NCBI GenBank assembly: GCA_965261395.1 | Contig: OZ253462.1 | Location: 928,001 to 992,000, forward strand | DNA: 64,000 bases | Direction: 5' to 3' | Source of the DNA: Candidatus Latescibacterota bacterium | GTDB lineage: Bacteria; Latescibacterota; UBA2968; UBA8231 | In this document: piece after piece, positions 19,258 to 28,258 of the stretch | Layout: each line of letters starts with the position of its first letter | Numbering within the stretch: the stretch's first letter is position 1 | Notes under the pieces: model-generated | Database searches by the model: none | The model's input: the letters and a program-made list of their open reading frames with translations, nothing else | What the model was told of the DNA's origin: nothing | Position numbers and translations under genes: made by a program

Positions 19258-20673
19258 ATGCAGCGACCGAATATCCTCATACTCTACACAGATCAGCAGC
19301 GCTGGGACGCCCTCGGTGCCAACGGCAACTCCGAGATCCGCACGCCGCACTTGGACCGGCTCGCTGCTGCCGGAGTAAATTTCGATCACTGCTTTGTGCA
19401 GAATCCGGTCTGCATGCCCAGCCGCGTGAGCTTTCTCACTGGGCAGTATCCATCCACGCTGGGGCTTTCGCACATGGGCGTGCCCGTGCCCGCGGATGCG
19501 CCGACCTTGCCGCGCCTGCTGCGCAACTACGGCTATTGCAGCGGCCAGATAGGCAAGCTGCACTTCCTGCCGCACGCCAACCGCGACCATCGCCAGCCCC
19601 ATCCCGACTACGGGTTCGATCACTTGGAAATCTCGGACGAGCCGGGTTCCTACCACGATGCCTACCGCGCTTGGGTGGCGGCGCAGGCCCCCGAGCAACT
19701 CGACCACATCAGCCTCGGCGAGGCACCCAGTTCAATCGAGTGGAAGCGGATTATGAACGTCCGCGACGGGATCGCGCATCCAGAAGAGCGCTTTGTCAAG
19801 CGCGCCTTGGCCAGCCGCTGCCGCAGCGAGCTGACCCACACGGCGTTCGTTGCCGAGCAGACCATGGAGTTTTTAACGCGCCACAGGGATGGCCCTTTCC
19901 TCTGCATCGCCGGCTTTTATTCGCCGCACGATCCGTGGGTAGCTCCCCAGGAATTCCTCGATCGCTACGATCCAGCTGCTCTGACGTTGCCGTCCTTCCC
20001 ACCGTCCCTCGCCGCTCGCCGAGGCCCACAGCACTTTTCCGACGACGAATTGCGCTCCGCCCGCCACGGCTATTACGCCATGGTATCCGAGGTCGATCAC
20101 CACGTCGGCCGCATCCTCGACCGGCTCGACGCTCTCGGCATTGCGGACAATACCATCGTCGTCTTCACGTCCGACCACGGCGAATGGCTCGGCGAACATC
20201 TGCGCTACGGCAAGGGCTACCCCGGGCACGATGCGGTCACGCGCGTCCCCTTGCTGATGCGCTGGCCCGCCGGAGCAAGGGACGGTGGGCATTGCTCCCG
20301 CATCGTCGAGGCGTTAGACGTGGTGCCGACGCTGCTGGAAGCCGCCGCAATTCAGCGGCCGGCTGCATTGCAAGGCAGCTCCCTGCTGGCCGACTTACGC
20401 GGCGAGGAGAGCGACGGTCGTGGCTCCGCCATCACGGAAATGACGCCGACCAAACCGCAATCCAACTGGAAGACGCTGCGCGTGGAGGGGTTGCGCTATG
20501 TAGTGGACGCGAGCGGAGCGGAGGCACTCTTCGACTTAGAGCGCGACCCGCTGGCCTACGAGGACGTGGCGGGCGAAAGCGCGTACGCCACTCAACTGCA
20601 AGCGGTCCGCAAGCGGTTGCTAGAGAGGCTGCTAGCGCGCGAGCGGCCGCTGCCGCGACAGTGGACGTACTGA
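19258..20673 (+). CDS. Sulfatase (Cys-type formylglycine)
   Basis: PNIL..TDQ, CMPSR, GKLH, SPHDP and SDHGE motifs. Confidence 0.92.
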   Translation: MQRPNILILYTDQQRWDALGANGNSEIRTPHLDRLAAAGVNFDHCFVQNPVCMPSRVSFLTGQYPSTLGLSHMGVPVPADAPTLPRLLRNYGYCSGQIGKLHFLPHANRDHRQPHPDYGFDHLEISDEPGSYHDAYRAWVAAQAPEQLDHISLGEAPSSIEWKRIMNVRDGIAHPEERFVKRALASRCRSELTHTAFVAEQTMEFLTRHRDGPFLCIAGFYSPHDPWVAPQEFLDRYDPAALTLPSFPPSLAARRGPQHFSDDELRSARHGYYAMVSEVDHHVGRILDRLDALGIADNTIVVFTSDHGEWLGEHLRYGKGYPGHDAVTRVPLLMRWPAGARDGGHCSRIVEALDVVPTLLEAAAIQRPAALQGSSLLADLRGEESDGRGSAITEMTPTKPQSNWKTLRVEGLRYVVDASGAEALFDLERDPLAYEDVAGESAYATQLQAVRKRLLERLLARERPLPRQWTY

Positions 20674-21075
20674 GCTTGGTCTTGCTGCGAGATTCGGCGT
20701 GAGAGATGAGGATGTGGTGGTGGACTTTATTGGCAAAAAAAGAAGGCAGCAAACGGCTTTCGGCCAACGGTCTTTTCTATCTTTTCTGAACCCGCATGTT
20801 GCCTAGCCCCCGCGCTGGACAGGCCACGACGCGGGCCGAGTCCCGCAACACCAAGTCCAGAAACTCTTTCCTCCATGCGAGATCTTAGGTCTTGAGGACA
20901 ATGTCACCTTTTGACGTAACTATAGACGGGTTTCCATCTTTGGAACATCATCGTAGTGCTAATGGGTAGCCGGGAGCATCCGGTTTGCAAGAGTATCAGG
21001 TTCTCAACATCTATAATATCCAGCTTTTAGTGTGTGGGAGCTAGCGCAAAGGGTGCGAGTAGCGACACAACCCTC

Positions 21076-21104
21076 TTGACTCGGATATATGTCACTCGTA
21101 GGCT
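21076..21104 (+). promoter_or_regulatory. Putative sigma70 promoter for the HD operon
   Basis: TTGACT-17 bp-TAGGCT, about 150 bp upstream of the HD start. Confidence 0.4.
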
Positions 21105-21256
21105 TTTTATCGCAATGTAGCTCTTTGACAAGATAATAAGTTGCTAGTTCCAGTACTGAAACGTTTTTGCCCATCACCCGTCGATGTGTATCCTGTGCTG
21201 GGTAAAACCTGTTAGGTGGGTGGCCCGACTGATTTTTCCATAAGGAATAAAATTCC

Positions 21257-22588
21257 GTGAAGTATACTCACGAAATTAGAGACCCAATCCATGTGTTCAT
21301 TCGTTTGGACAGCGACGAACGCAAAGTTCTTGATTCCCGTCCGTTCCAGAGACTACGTCATATCCACCAACTGGCAATGACCTATCTTATTTATCCTGGC
21401 GCAACACATAAGCGATTTGAGCATTCGCTCGGCGTTATGGAACTCGCCGGACGGGTCTTCGATGTTGTCACTGATCCAGACAATGGCACGGATGAAATCA
21501 AGCATTTGCTGGGACCGCTCAATGCTCCTGACCAACGAGCGTATTGGCGGCGGGTGGTTCGTATGGCCGCACTCTGCCACGACATTGGCCATCTGCCTTT
21601 CTCGCACGCGGCTGAAAAGGAGCTTCTGCCAGACGACTGGGATCACGAGAATTTGACGCGAGAGATTATTGTTAGCGACGAGATGAAAATGATTTGGGAA
21701 TCTGTCACCCCCCCGCTTCGTCCCGGAGATATCGAAAAACTGGCTATCGGACCGAAGAAGGCGATCAACCTAGAGTTCACAGATTGGGAGACGATCTTGA
21801 CGGAAATCATCGTTGGAGATGCGTTTGGCGTCGACCGCATGGACTATCTGTTACGGGACTCGCATCATGTAGGAGTCGTCTATGGAAAGTTTGACCACCA
21901 CCGGCTGATCGATACTCTGCGCATTTTGCCGCCGGCCCCATCGGGCGAGAATGGGGAATCTCAAGAGCCAGCACTTGGTATGGAAGAGGGCGGCATTCAG
22001 TCAGCGGAAGCGTTGATGCTTGCACGATATTTTATGTACTCGCAGGTTTACTTTCATCCCGTGCGTCGAATTTACAACATTCATCTAACGGATTTTCTCA
22101 AGGAATGGCTCGATCATGGCGCGTTTGCAACGGACTTGGAGAGTCATCTGAAAACGACGGACAGCGAAGTGACTGTTGCTCTACGGGAAGCCGCATTTGA
22201 GGAGGAGAAGGTTGGTCATACATATGCACGCCGGATCGTACTACGCGAGCACTTCAAGTGCCTCTACCGACGGAACCCCCAAGATGTCTCCATCAACCCG
22301 GAGTCAGGAGAATTAGTTTTCAAGGCGTTAGCGGATCAATACGGCGAGGAACACTTCCGTCATGACCGTTATCGTCCAAAAAGCGGTACGCCGGATTTCC
22401 CTGTGCAAATGCGTGACGGCCGGATTATATCGTCCATCACCTTTTCCGAGGTGTTAAGCAACATACCTGTGGTTTCAATCGACTACGTCTTCGCTGATCG
22501 GCAGTGTTTCGCCGAGGCAAATACATGGCTGAACGACAACCATGGTACAATTATCAACGAACCAGAAGAGGAGGAACAAGATGGATAG
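21257..22588 (+). CDS. HD-domain dNTP triphosphohydrolase-like protein (SAMHD1/YwfO family)
   Basis: IRDPIH, FQRLRHIHQL, HKRFEHSLG, HDIGHLPFSH, DRMDYLLRDS and MYSQVYFH motifs. Confidence 0.9.
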   Translation: MKYTHEIRDPIHVFIRLDSDERKVLDSRPFQRLRHIHQLAMTYLIYPGATHKRFEHSLGVMELAGRVFDVVTDPDNGTDEIKHLLGPLNAPDQRAYWRRVVRMAALCHDIGHLPFSHAAEKELLPDDWDHENLTREIIVSDEMKMIWESVTPPLRPGDIEKLAIGPKKAINLEFTDWETILTEIIVGDAFGVDRMDYLLRDSHHVGVVYGKFDHHRLIDTLRILPPAPSGENGESQEPALGMEEGGIQSAEALMLARYFMYSQVYFHPVRRIYNIHLTDFLKEWLDHGAFATDLESHLKTTDSEVTVALREAAFEEEKVGHTYARRIVLREHFKCLYRRNPQDVSINPESGELVFKALADQYGEEHFRHDRYRPKSGTPDFPVQMRDGRIISSITFSEVLSNIPVVSIDYVFADRQCFAEANTWLNDNHGTIINEPEEEEQDG

Positions 22589-23138
22589 AATGCAAAGGGC
22601 CGGGCTATTGACGCGACTGATAGAGGAGCTTCGCGAAAAGGGAAGCTGGTGCGGCGAGACGCATGTTCAGAAAGCCACGTTTTTTGCGCAGGAGCTCGCC
22701 GAAATTCCGCTGGGCTTCAATTTTATCCTGTACAAGCATGGACCGTTCTCGTTCGACTTGAGAGATGAACTCACTGCTCTACGTGCGGACGGATTATTGG
22801 AGCTTGAAACGCAAGAGTCCTACGGTCCCCGTATCTCCCCTACGCCGCAGAGCGAATACATAAAGAGCCTTTATCCCATGACCTTGGAGAAGTACGGGCC
22901 AGCCGTTGAGTTCGTGACCAACCAGCTCAGCGACAAAGGCGTCATCGAACTCGAGCGTCTTGCAACTGCGTTCTACGTGAGTCTTCCGGCGGAGGAAACC
23001 TCGGTTGATGAAAGATCCACGCGGCTGACGGCTTTGAAACCGCACATATCGCAAAAAGACGCTAAGGACGCGATTCAGGCGATTGACAAGATTGCCAAGG
23101 AAGCCCAAAACACAGTTCTCTCTACTCGCCGAGTTTGA
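22581..23138 (+). CDS. YwgA/SocA(Panacea)-like protein
   Basis: ATG 22581 with GAGGAGG RBS, overlapping the HD 3' end. Motifs HVQKATFF, FILYKHGPFSFDL and ELERLATAFY. Confidence 0.65.
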   Translation: MDRMQRAGLLTRLIEELREKGSWCGETHVQKATFFAQELAEIPLGFNFILYKHGPFSFDLRDELTALRADGLLELETQESYGPRISPTPQSEYIKSLYPMTLEKYGPAVEFVTNQLSDKGVIELERLATAFYVSLPAEETSVDERSTRLTALKPHISQKDAKDAIQAIDKIAKEAQNTVLSTRRV

Positions 23139-24243
23139 CGATCAGGTCCTTGCCGAACTTGATGCCGGCGACTCGGCACGCTTCCTGTATTTGGCCCCTT
23201 TTCAGGGACGTAGAACTGTTCGTCCCTAGCCACCACCCGCCGGACAGGGAGACGGCCTGTGTATTGGCTAGCTTGCGATCGTCGGGGTAGAGCGCATACC
23301 GATCGCGTGCGAGGTACTGCCGCGTACGTCCCTTCAAATGCGGTTCCAGTTTCTCGCAGAACTGGGCATCCTTTTCTAAAAGCCGCTCGAAGACGCCCAC
23401 CAACAATTCTTTGCCATTACGGAACCATTCCGTTTGCCCGCGGAAGGTGAACGAAAACTCTTTCCCCTGTCGGCCCTTGAGGAGTTCGGAAACTGCTTGG
23501 GAATGCTCCAGTGTTGGTTCGGTAGGAACCTCAGAAGTCTTCACCCTTTGAGAACGTCTTGGCGATGACTTGGAACCTTGACCCCGAATAAACTCTTCCA
23601 CGCGGAGAAGGTCCGGTCGCACACCACTGGTCCGTTCCACTTCCTCACAGAACCAGTTCTTGAGGACCTCGGGCGGCTCGCGGAGAAGTTCGGCCCATAC
23701 CACCTCGAAGTTCGCAGCCGCTTCGCTCTGCTGTCGGAAAGCGTAGTAGTCGTCATGGGCGCGTCGGTGCGCTTCCCCGGCTCGCACGGTCTCAAAGGCG
23801 AGATAGCGGCTTATTCTCTCGGCACCTTCAGCCGAGTCGTCATCAACTAAGTCCACCGTGGCAAAGCGCCGTTCTTGGTAGCTACCCTGTCCTGCTGGAA
23901 AGAAGAACCCCCAAGAACGCCCGTCGGTCAGCACGGCGAGCGGAACTCCCTGTTTAAAGCAGTAATTAAAGAGCTGCTCTTCGCCTTTTGCGTTTGCATT
24001 GCCTACACCTTTGACCTCGACCAAGACGGACGGCTTGCCGGGCGGATGACAAAGTGCGTAATCGACGCTGAGTCTCTCGATGGGAAACTCGGGAATCACC
24101 ACTTTAGGGTCCCAGACGTTCCAACCCAGTGTATTCAGGAGACGCATCACCACGCTGCGAGAAATTTGAGCTTCGTTGACAAAGTCTCCTCGCGTCAAAC
24201 TGTCGCGAATTTCCTCGATTTGAAGGGTCAGATTTTCCGCCAC
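23122..24243 (-). CDS. HsdR_N/Mrr-like PD-(D/E)xK nuclease fused to a C-terminal SeqA-like domain
   Basis: N-terminal NEA...LGW...E...VDYAL...VEVK...QLFNY...LTDG. C-terminal DAQ...LKGRTRQYLA...WWLGTNSSTSLK. Confidence 0.7.
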   Translation of the reverse strand: MAENLTLQIEEIRDSLTRGDFVNEAQISRSVVMRLLNTLGWNVWDPKVVIPEFPIERLSVDYALCHPPGKPSVLVEVKGVGNANAKGEEQLFNYCFKQGVPLAVLTDGRSWGFFFPAGQGSYQERRFATVDLVDDDSAEGAERISRYLAFETVRAGEAHRRAHDDYYAFRQQSEAAANFEVVWAELLREPPEVLKNWFCEEVERTSGVRPDLLRVEEFIRGQGSKSSPRRSQRVKTSEVPTEPTLEHSQAVSELLKGRQGKEFSFTFRGQTEWFRNGKELLVGVFERLLEKDAQFCEKLEPHLKGRTRQYLARDRYALYPDDRKLANTQAVSLSGGWWLGTNSSTSLKRGQIQEACRVAGIKFGKDLIVKLGE

Positions 24244-24687
24244 GGTATCTCCTCTTCAATTGAAAAACGTTCGGATTGTCCTAGTGATTGCCTAGCCCTC
24301 GGACCGCATGAGAATAGATTATTGTAAATTGGGTCTCAAAGTCTAGCAACGTCCCCTTTAGAAGCAGCAACGAACACAGCACCGCCTCGTCGAGCGGATC
24401 AACCCCCGCAAAAGCGCGGGAATAAGTCGCGGCGATGGAGTGCCTAATTAGCCGTAGTGTCCCGCAGAATTTTTACAAGGAGTTAGCGAGCGCCGTGGCG
24501 CTTGAAGCCCAGCGAGGAGGCAGGCGTAGCGGCACGAGTGGCGACATGGGCGGTGGTGGTCCGCGAGGGGTGGAGACGGTCCGCAGGGTGGCGGGTTTTA
24601 GGACCACGCTACCAGTCCAACAGCAAGACGGTCCAGCAGCGCGCCGAGCGAAAGGCCCAGTGGTAATCGGCCGAGGCTAGGGCGTGT

Positions 24688-25245
24688 TCACCGCTTCTTC
24701 ACGACGTCTCCAACCCGTATCGCGCCTGGGCGAATAACCTTGGCGTTGACGCCGCGCAACTGAAGCTGTTTGCCCTCTGGCGAACTGATAAATTTCAGGG
24801 CATCCAGCCCAAAGCGGGCGGCAAATTTTTTGCAACCGGTGTGGGGTGGCTCCGTGATTTGGATCACGGCCGCGCCTAGGGACAGACGAGTCCCCGGGGG
24901 CACGTTGTCCACGCTTAGGTCGAAGTCGATGTATAGCTGATCCCCTGCTAGGGGCCAATGCTGCTTCTCTTGGGCCACCAAGGCCATCAAGCGGGCGTTG
25001 GTCACCGTGAGTTGCATGTCTGGGTGCGCCGACCCATCTGAGGTTTGTGAGCTGCCGCGCTTTTTCCAATTGTCGCCCACCAGCCCTTCGACTAGATCGA
25101 ATTCCCCCACGTCTAAGACTTCCCGCGTCTCTGTCTGCGGCCGCCGCACGATCAGCTCCAATACGCCCATGGATCTGGGCGACTGACGAATGTCTTCTAG
25201 CCCTGCGGTTAGCGCTCCCATGGCTAGGTGTTTCACCTCGGCCAA
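24688..25245 (-). CDS. MOSC domain protein
   Basis: GLVGD, AGDQLY, PHTGCKKF and RGVNAKVIRPG motifs. Confidence 0.85.
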   Translation of the reverse strand: MAEVKHLAMGALTAGLEDIRQSPRSMGVLELIVRRPQTETREVLDVGEFDLVEGLVGDNWKKRGSSQTSDGSAHPDMQLTVTNARLMALVAQEKQHWPLAGDQLYIDFDLSVDNVPPGTRLSLGAAVIQITEPPHTGCKKFAARFGLDALKFISSPEGKQLQLRGVNAKVIRPGAIRVGDVVKKR

Positions 25246-25283
25246 GATAGACCTCCTGAACGTTTTGTCTGTGTAGGCATCTT

Positions 25284-26402
25284 TTATCGCGGTACTTCGT
25301 AGGACCCTTCAATTCCGCTGGACGAGAAGAGTACTTGCCAAAGCTGGTTCGCCCGGGCGCGGAAGGAGCCAGCGGAGGTCAGCAAGTAGAACGTCCACAT
25401 CCGGTAGAAGCGCTCGTCGTAGTGGGCCTTGAGCTCGCTCCAAGCCGCGTTGAAGTTGGCGTACCAAGCCATCAGCGTCCGGTCGTAATGCGGCCCGAAG
25501 GCGTGCCAGTCCTCCAAGACAAAGTTCCCCTCGGCGGCCGTAGTAATCTGTTTGGCCGAAGGCAGCAGAGAGTTGGGGAAGACGTAGCGCTCAATCCAAG
25601 GATCGTTACGGGCCGCCGAGCCGCTGCGGCCGATGGTGTGCAATAAAAAACGCCCGTCTGGGGCTAAGCAGCGTTTGACCGTGTGCATGAAGGCTGGATA
25701 GTTCTTGACGCCCACGTGCTCGAACATGCCGATTGACAAAATGCGGTCAAAGCGCTCGTCTAAGGCTCGGTAGTCCTGCAAGCGAATCTCCACCGGCAGC
25801 CCGCGGCACGTCTCCGCGGCCAGTTTTGCCTGCTCCTTGGAGACGGTGACGCCAACCCCTTTGACTCCGTAGCGCTGGACCGCAAACCGCAGGGTGCCTC
25901 CCCAGCCGCAGCCGATGTCGAGTAGGGTCATCCCCGGCTCCAGCCCCAGCTTGCGGCAGCACAAGTCGAGCTTGGCTTCTTGCGCCTCGTCTAAGTTGGC
26001 GGCATTGCGCCAGTACCCGCAGCTATAGATCATGCGCTGGTCGAGCATAGCCCGGTACAGATCGTTGCCTATATCGTAGTGGCGCTGGCCGACTTGGAAG
26101 GCGCGGGAGGGCGTTTGCAGGTTGAGCAGCCGTGCCTTCAAATAGGGCAAAAGCAGGTGCCGCCCGCCCAACTTCAGGTTCAGCCGGGCGCGTAAGATCC
26201 GCGCGCAAAGCTCGTCTAGCTGCGGGCAGTCCCACCACCCATCCATATACGACTCGCCCGCGCCCAGTGATCCGTGGCCTAGTACGTGCGCGAACAAGCG
26301 GTCGTCGTGGACCTCTATATCCCAAGGCCGATCTCCGCCAATGCGCACATCGGCCTCCTCTAACAATGTTTCTACTCTGCGGCGACAGGCGTCCTGATTC
26401 AT
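25284..26402 (-). CDS. cfa: Cyclopropane-fatty-acyl-phospholipid synthase
   Basis: Start MNQDA at 26402. Motifs GSLGAGESYMDGWW, HYDIGND, YSCGYW, LDIGCGWG, SIGMFEHVG and RFYRMW. Confidence 0.92.
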   Translation of the reverse strand: MNQDACRRRVETLLEEADVRIGGDRPWDIEVHDDRLFAHVLGHGSLGAGESYMDGWWDCPQLDELCARILRARLNLKLGGRHLLLPYLKARLLNLQTPSRAFQVGQRHYDIGNDLYRAMLDQRMIYSCGYWRNAANLDEAQEAKLDLCCRKLGLEPGMTLLDIGCGWGGTLRFAVQRYGVKGVGVTVSKEQAKLAAETCRGLPVEIRLQDYRALDERFDRILSIGMFEHVGVKNYPAFMHTVKRCLAPDGRFLLHTIGRSGSAARNDPWIERYVFPNSLLPSAKQITTAAEGNFVLEDWHAFGPHYDRTLMAWYANFNAAWSELKAHYDERFYRMWTFYLLTSAGSFRARANQLWQVLFSSSGIEGSYEVPR

Positions 26403-26620
26403 GGTGGCTTCTTCTTGGCGTCGTCTTTTTTGAGAAATGACAGCGCATATTATGCGTAACGAGCATGCTACAAACAACCCTATGCAGTGAGCGAGCGGCC
26501 GAGATGTAGGTGAATCACGCGCTTGACAGTTCGCCGCGTCCCGCTGCAATTTTCGGCGCGGCGGGCGTGGCGCGGAATGCGCGAACCATCACTTTATTAA
26601 AAAACAAAGAATAGGAATCT

Positions 26621-28243
26621 ATGACCACGGAACATTTCACCTCGACTTTAAGTCGGGACAAACCCAACTTTCTGTGGATTTCATTTGAGGATACCAATCC
26701 CCGATACGGCTGCTACGGCGATGCGGTGGCGCGCACGCCCACGTTGGATCGGCTCGCAGCCGAGGGATGCCGCTGGACGCGCTGCTTCTCTACGGCCGGC
26801 GTCTGCGCCCCGGCCCGGTCGGCCATCATCACCGGCATGTACCCAATCTCCATCGGCACCCACCACATGCGCACGACCCACGCCAATCGCGCCACGCCGG
26901 AAATGCCCACCCCGTATTCAGCCGTTGTGCCGCACTACGTAAAGTGCTTCACGGAATACCTGCGGGCGGCTGGCTATTACTGCAGCAACAACGCCAAGAC
27001 CGACTACCAGTTTACTCCCCCGCTGACCGCTTGGGACGCGCTCGGCCCGCCCGCCCACTGGCGCGACCGTCCCGATCCAGACCAGCCGTTTTTCGCGGTT
27101 TTCAACCCCACGCGCACCCACGAAAGCGGCATGTGGCCCGAGAAGTGCCCCGAACCGGAGTTCGACCCGGATGCTATCCCGCTGCCGCCCTATTTCCCCG
27201 ATACCCCCTCAGTGCGCCAAGCCATGGCGCGGATGTACACGCATATTGCGCACAGCGACCAAGAGCTTGCCCAGCTCCTGCAACAACTCGACGAAGATGG
27301 CTTGTCCGATAATACGTACGTCTTTCACTGGAGCGATCACGGCCCGCTGCCGCGCGGCAAGCGCTGGCCGTACGACGCGGGCATTCACGTCCCCCTGATC
27401 GTCCGCGGCCCAGGCATGGAAGCTGGGCAGGTCTGCGAGGACTTGGTAAGCACCGTCGATTTAGGCCCTACGGTGCTCTCGCTCGCGGGGATTGATGTGC
27501 CTGCCCACATGCAGGGCCGCGCGTTTTTGGGCCGCCAAGCCCAATCGCCGCGAGAGTACATATACGCGAGCCGCGACCGGCACGACGAGGCGTACGACAT
27601 GGTACGGGCTGTGCGCGACCGCCGCTTTAAGTACATCCGCAACTATCGGCCAGATCTCCCCTACTTGGCGTGGATCCCCTATCGCAATCGGCACCCCATT
27701 GTACAGGAGATGTGGCGCTTGCACTTGGCCGACGAGCTGGACGAAACGCAAAGGGCCATGTTCCGCTACCCGAGGCCGGTCGAAGAGCTGTACGACACGG
27801 AAGCCGATCCGCACGAGATCAATAACTTGGCAGCCGATCCCCAGTACCAGCCGGAGCGGGATCGACTGCGCGGAGCCTTGGACGAATGGCTGCGAGAAGT
27901 GGGCGACATGGGCCGAATGGCGGAAAGCGAAATGGTGCGGCAGTGGTATCCCGATGGCCAACAGCCACAGACGGCCCCGCCGGTGTGCGTGCCCATTTGC
28001 GCCGACAGCCCCGGGACCGAGCCAGCGCTGGAAGGCGGTACATTCCAAGGGCCGCTGCTGGTGCAACTCCACTGCGCCACGCAGGGGGCTTCTATCGCGT
28101 ATGCCCTAGACGACCAGCCGCACTGGCACCTCTACACCGAGCCGTTGCGCATGGAAGTTGGGACGGCTACCTTGCGGGCCAAGGCAATCCGCATTGGCTA
28201 CGAGGAGAGCCAAGAGACCCGTGCAACCTTTGTCGTAGAGTGA
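26621..28243 (+). CDS. Sulfatase with C-terminal Fn3-associated/chitobiase-like beta domain
   Basis: CAPARS, KTDY, SDHG and ELYD motifs. C-terminal CATQGASIAY...LYTEP...AIRIGY. Confidence 0.9.
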   Translation: MTTEHFTSTLSRDKPNFLWISFEDTNPRYGCYGDAVARTPTLDRLAAEGCRWTRCFSTAGVCAPARSAIITGMYPISIGTHHMRTTHANRATPEMPTPYSAVVPHYVKCFTEYLRAAGYYCSNNAKTDYQFTPPLTAWDALGPPAHWRDRPDPDQPFFAVFNPTRTHESGMWPEKCPEPEFDPDAIPLPPYFPDTPSVRQAMARMYTHIAHSDQELAQLLQQLDEDGLSDNTYVFHWSDHGPLPRGKRWPYDAGIHVPLIVRGPGMEAGQVCEDLVSTVDLGPTVLSLAGIDVPAHMQGRAFLGRQAQSPREYIYASRDRHDEAYDMVRAVRDRRFKYIRNYRPDLPYLAWIPYRNRHPIVQEMWRLHLADELDETQRAMFRYPRPVEELYDTEADPHEINNLAADPQYQPERDRLRGALDEWLREVGDMGRMAESEMVRQWYPDGQQPQTAPPVCVPICADSPGTEPALEGGTFQGPLLVQLHCATQGASIAYALDDQPHWHLYTEPLRMEVGTATLRAKAIRIGYEESQETRATFVVE

Positions 28244-28258
28244 GACCTGGGCAGACCG

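Larger units (their letters stand above)
20700..24400. other. Lower-GC accessory (defence-like) island, boundaries approximate
   Basis: Visibly more AT-rich than its flanks, with long non-coding margins. Carries the HD, YwgA-like and nuclease genes. No integrase seen. Confidence 0.65.

Noticed and set aside
19536-20702. 388-aa alternative-frame ORF inside the sulfatase
   Set aside because: R/P/A-rich shadow ORF typical of high-GC3 coding DNA, with no motifs.
20797-20860. Nested stem TGTTGC/GCAACA with CCCGCG/CGCGGG at the left island margin as an ncRNA
   Set aside because: Short interrupted stems with no recognisable RNA family features and no second copy seen.
24435-24680. 81-aa ORF at the right island margin
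   Set aside because: No RBS or motifs. It may be degraded sequence and cannot be supported as a gene.
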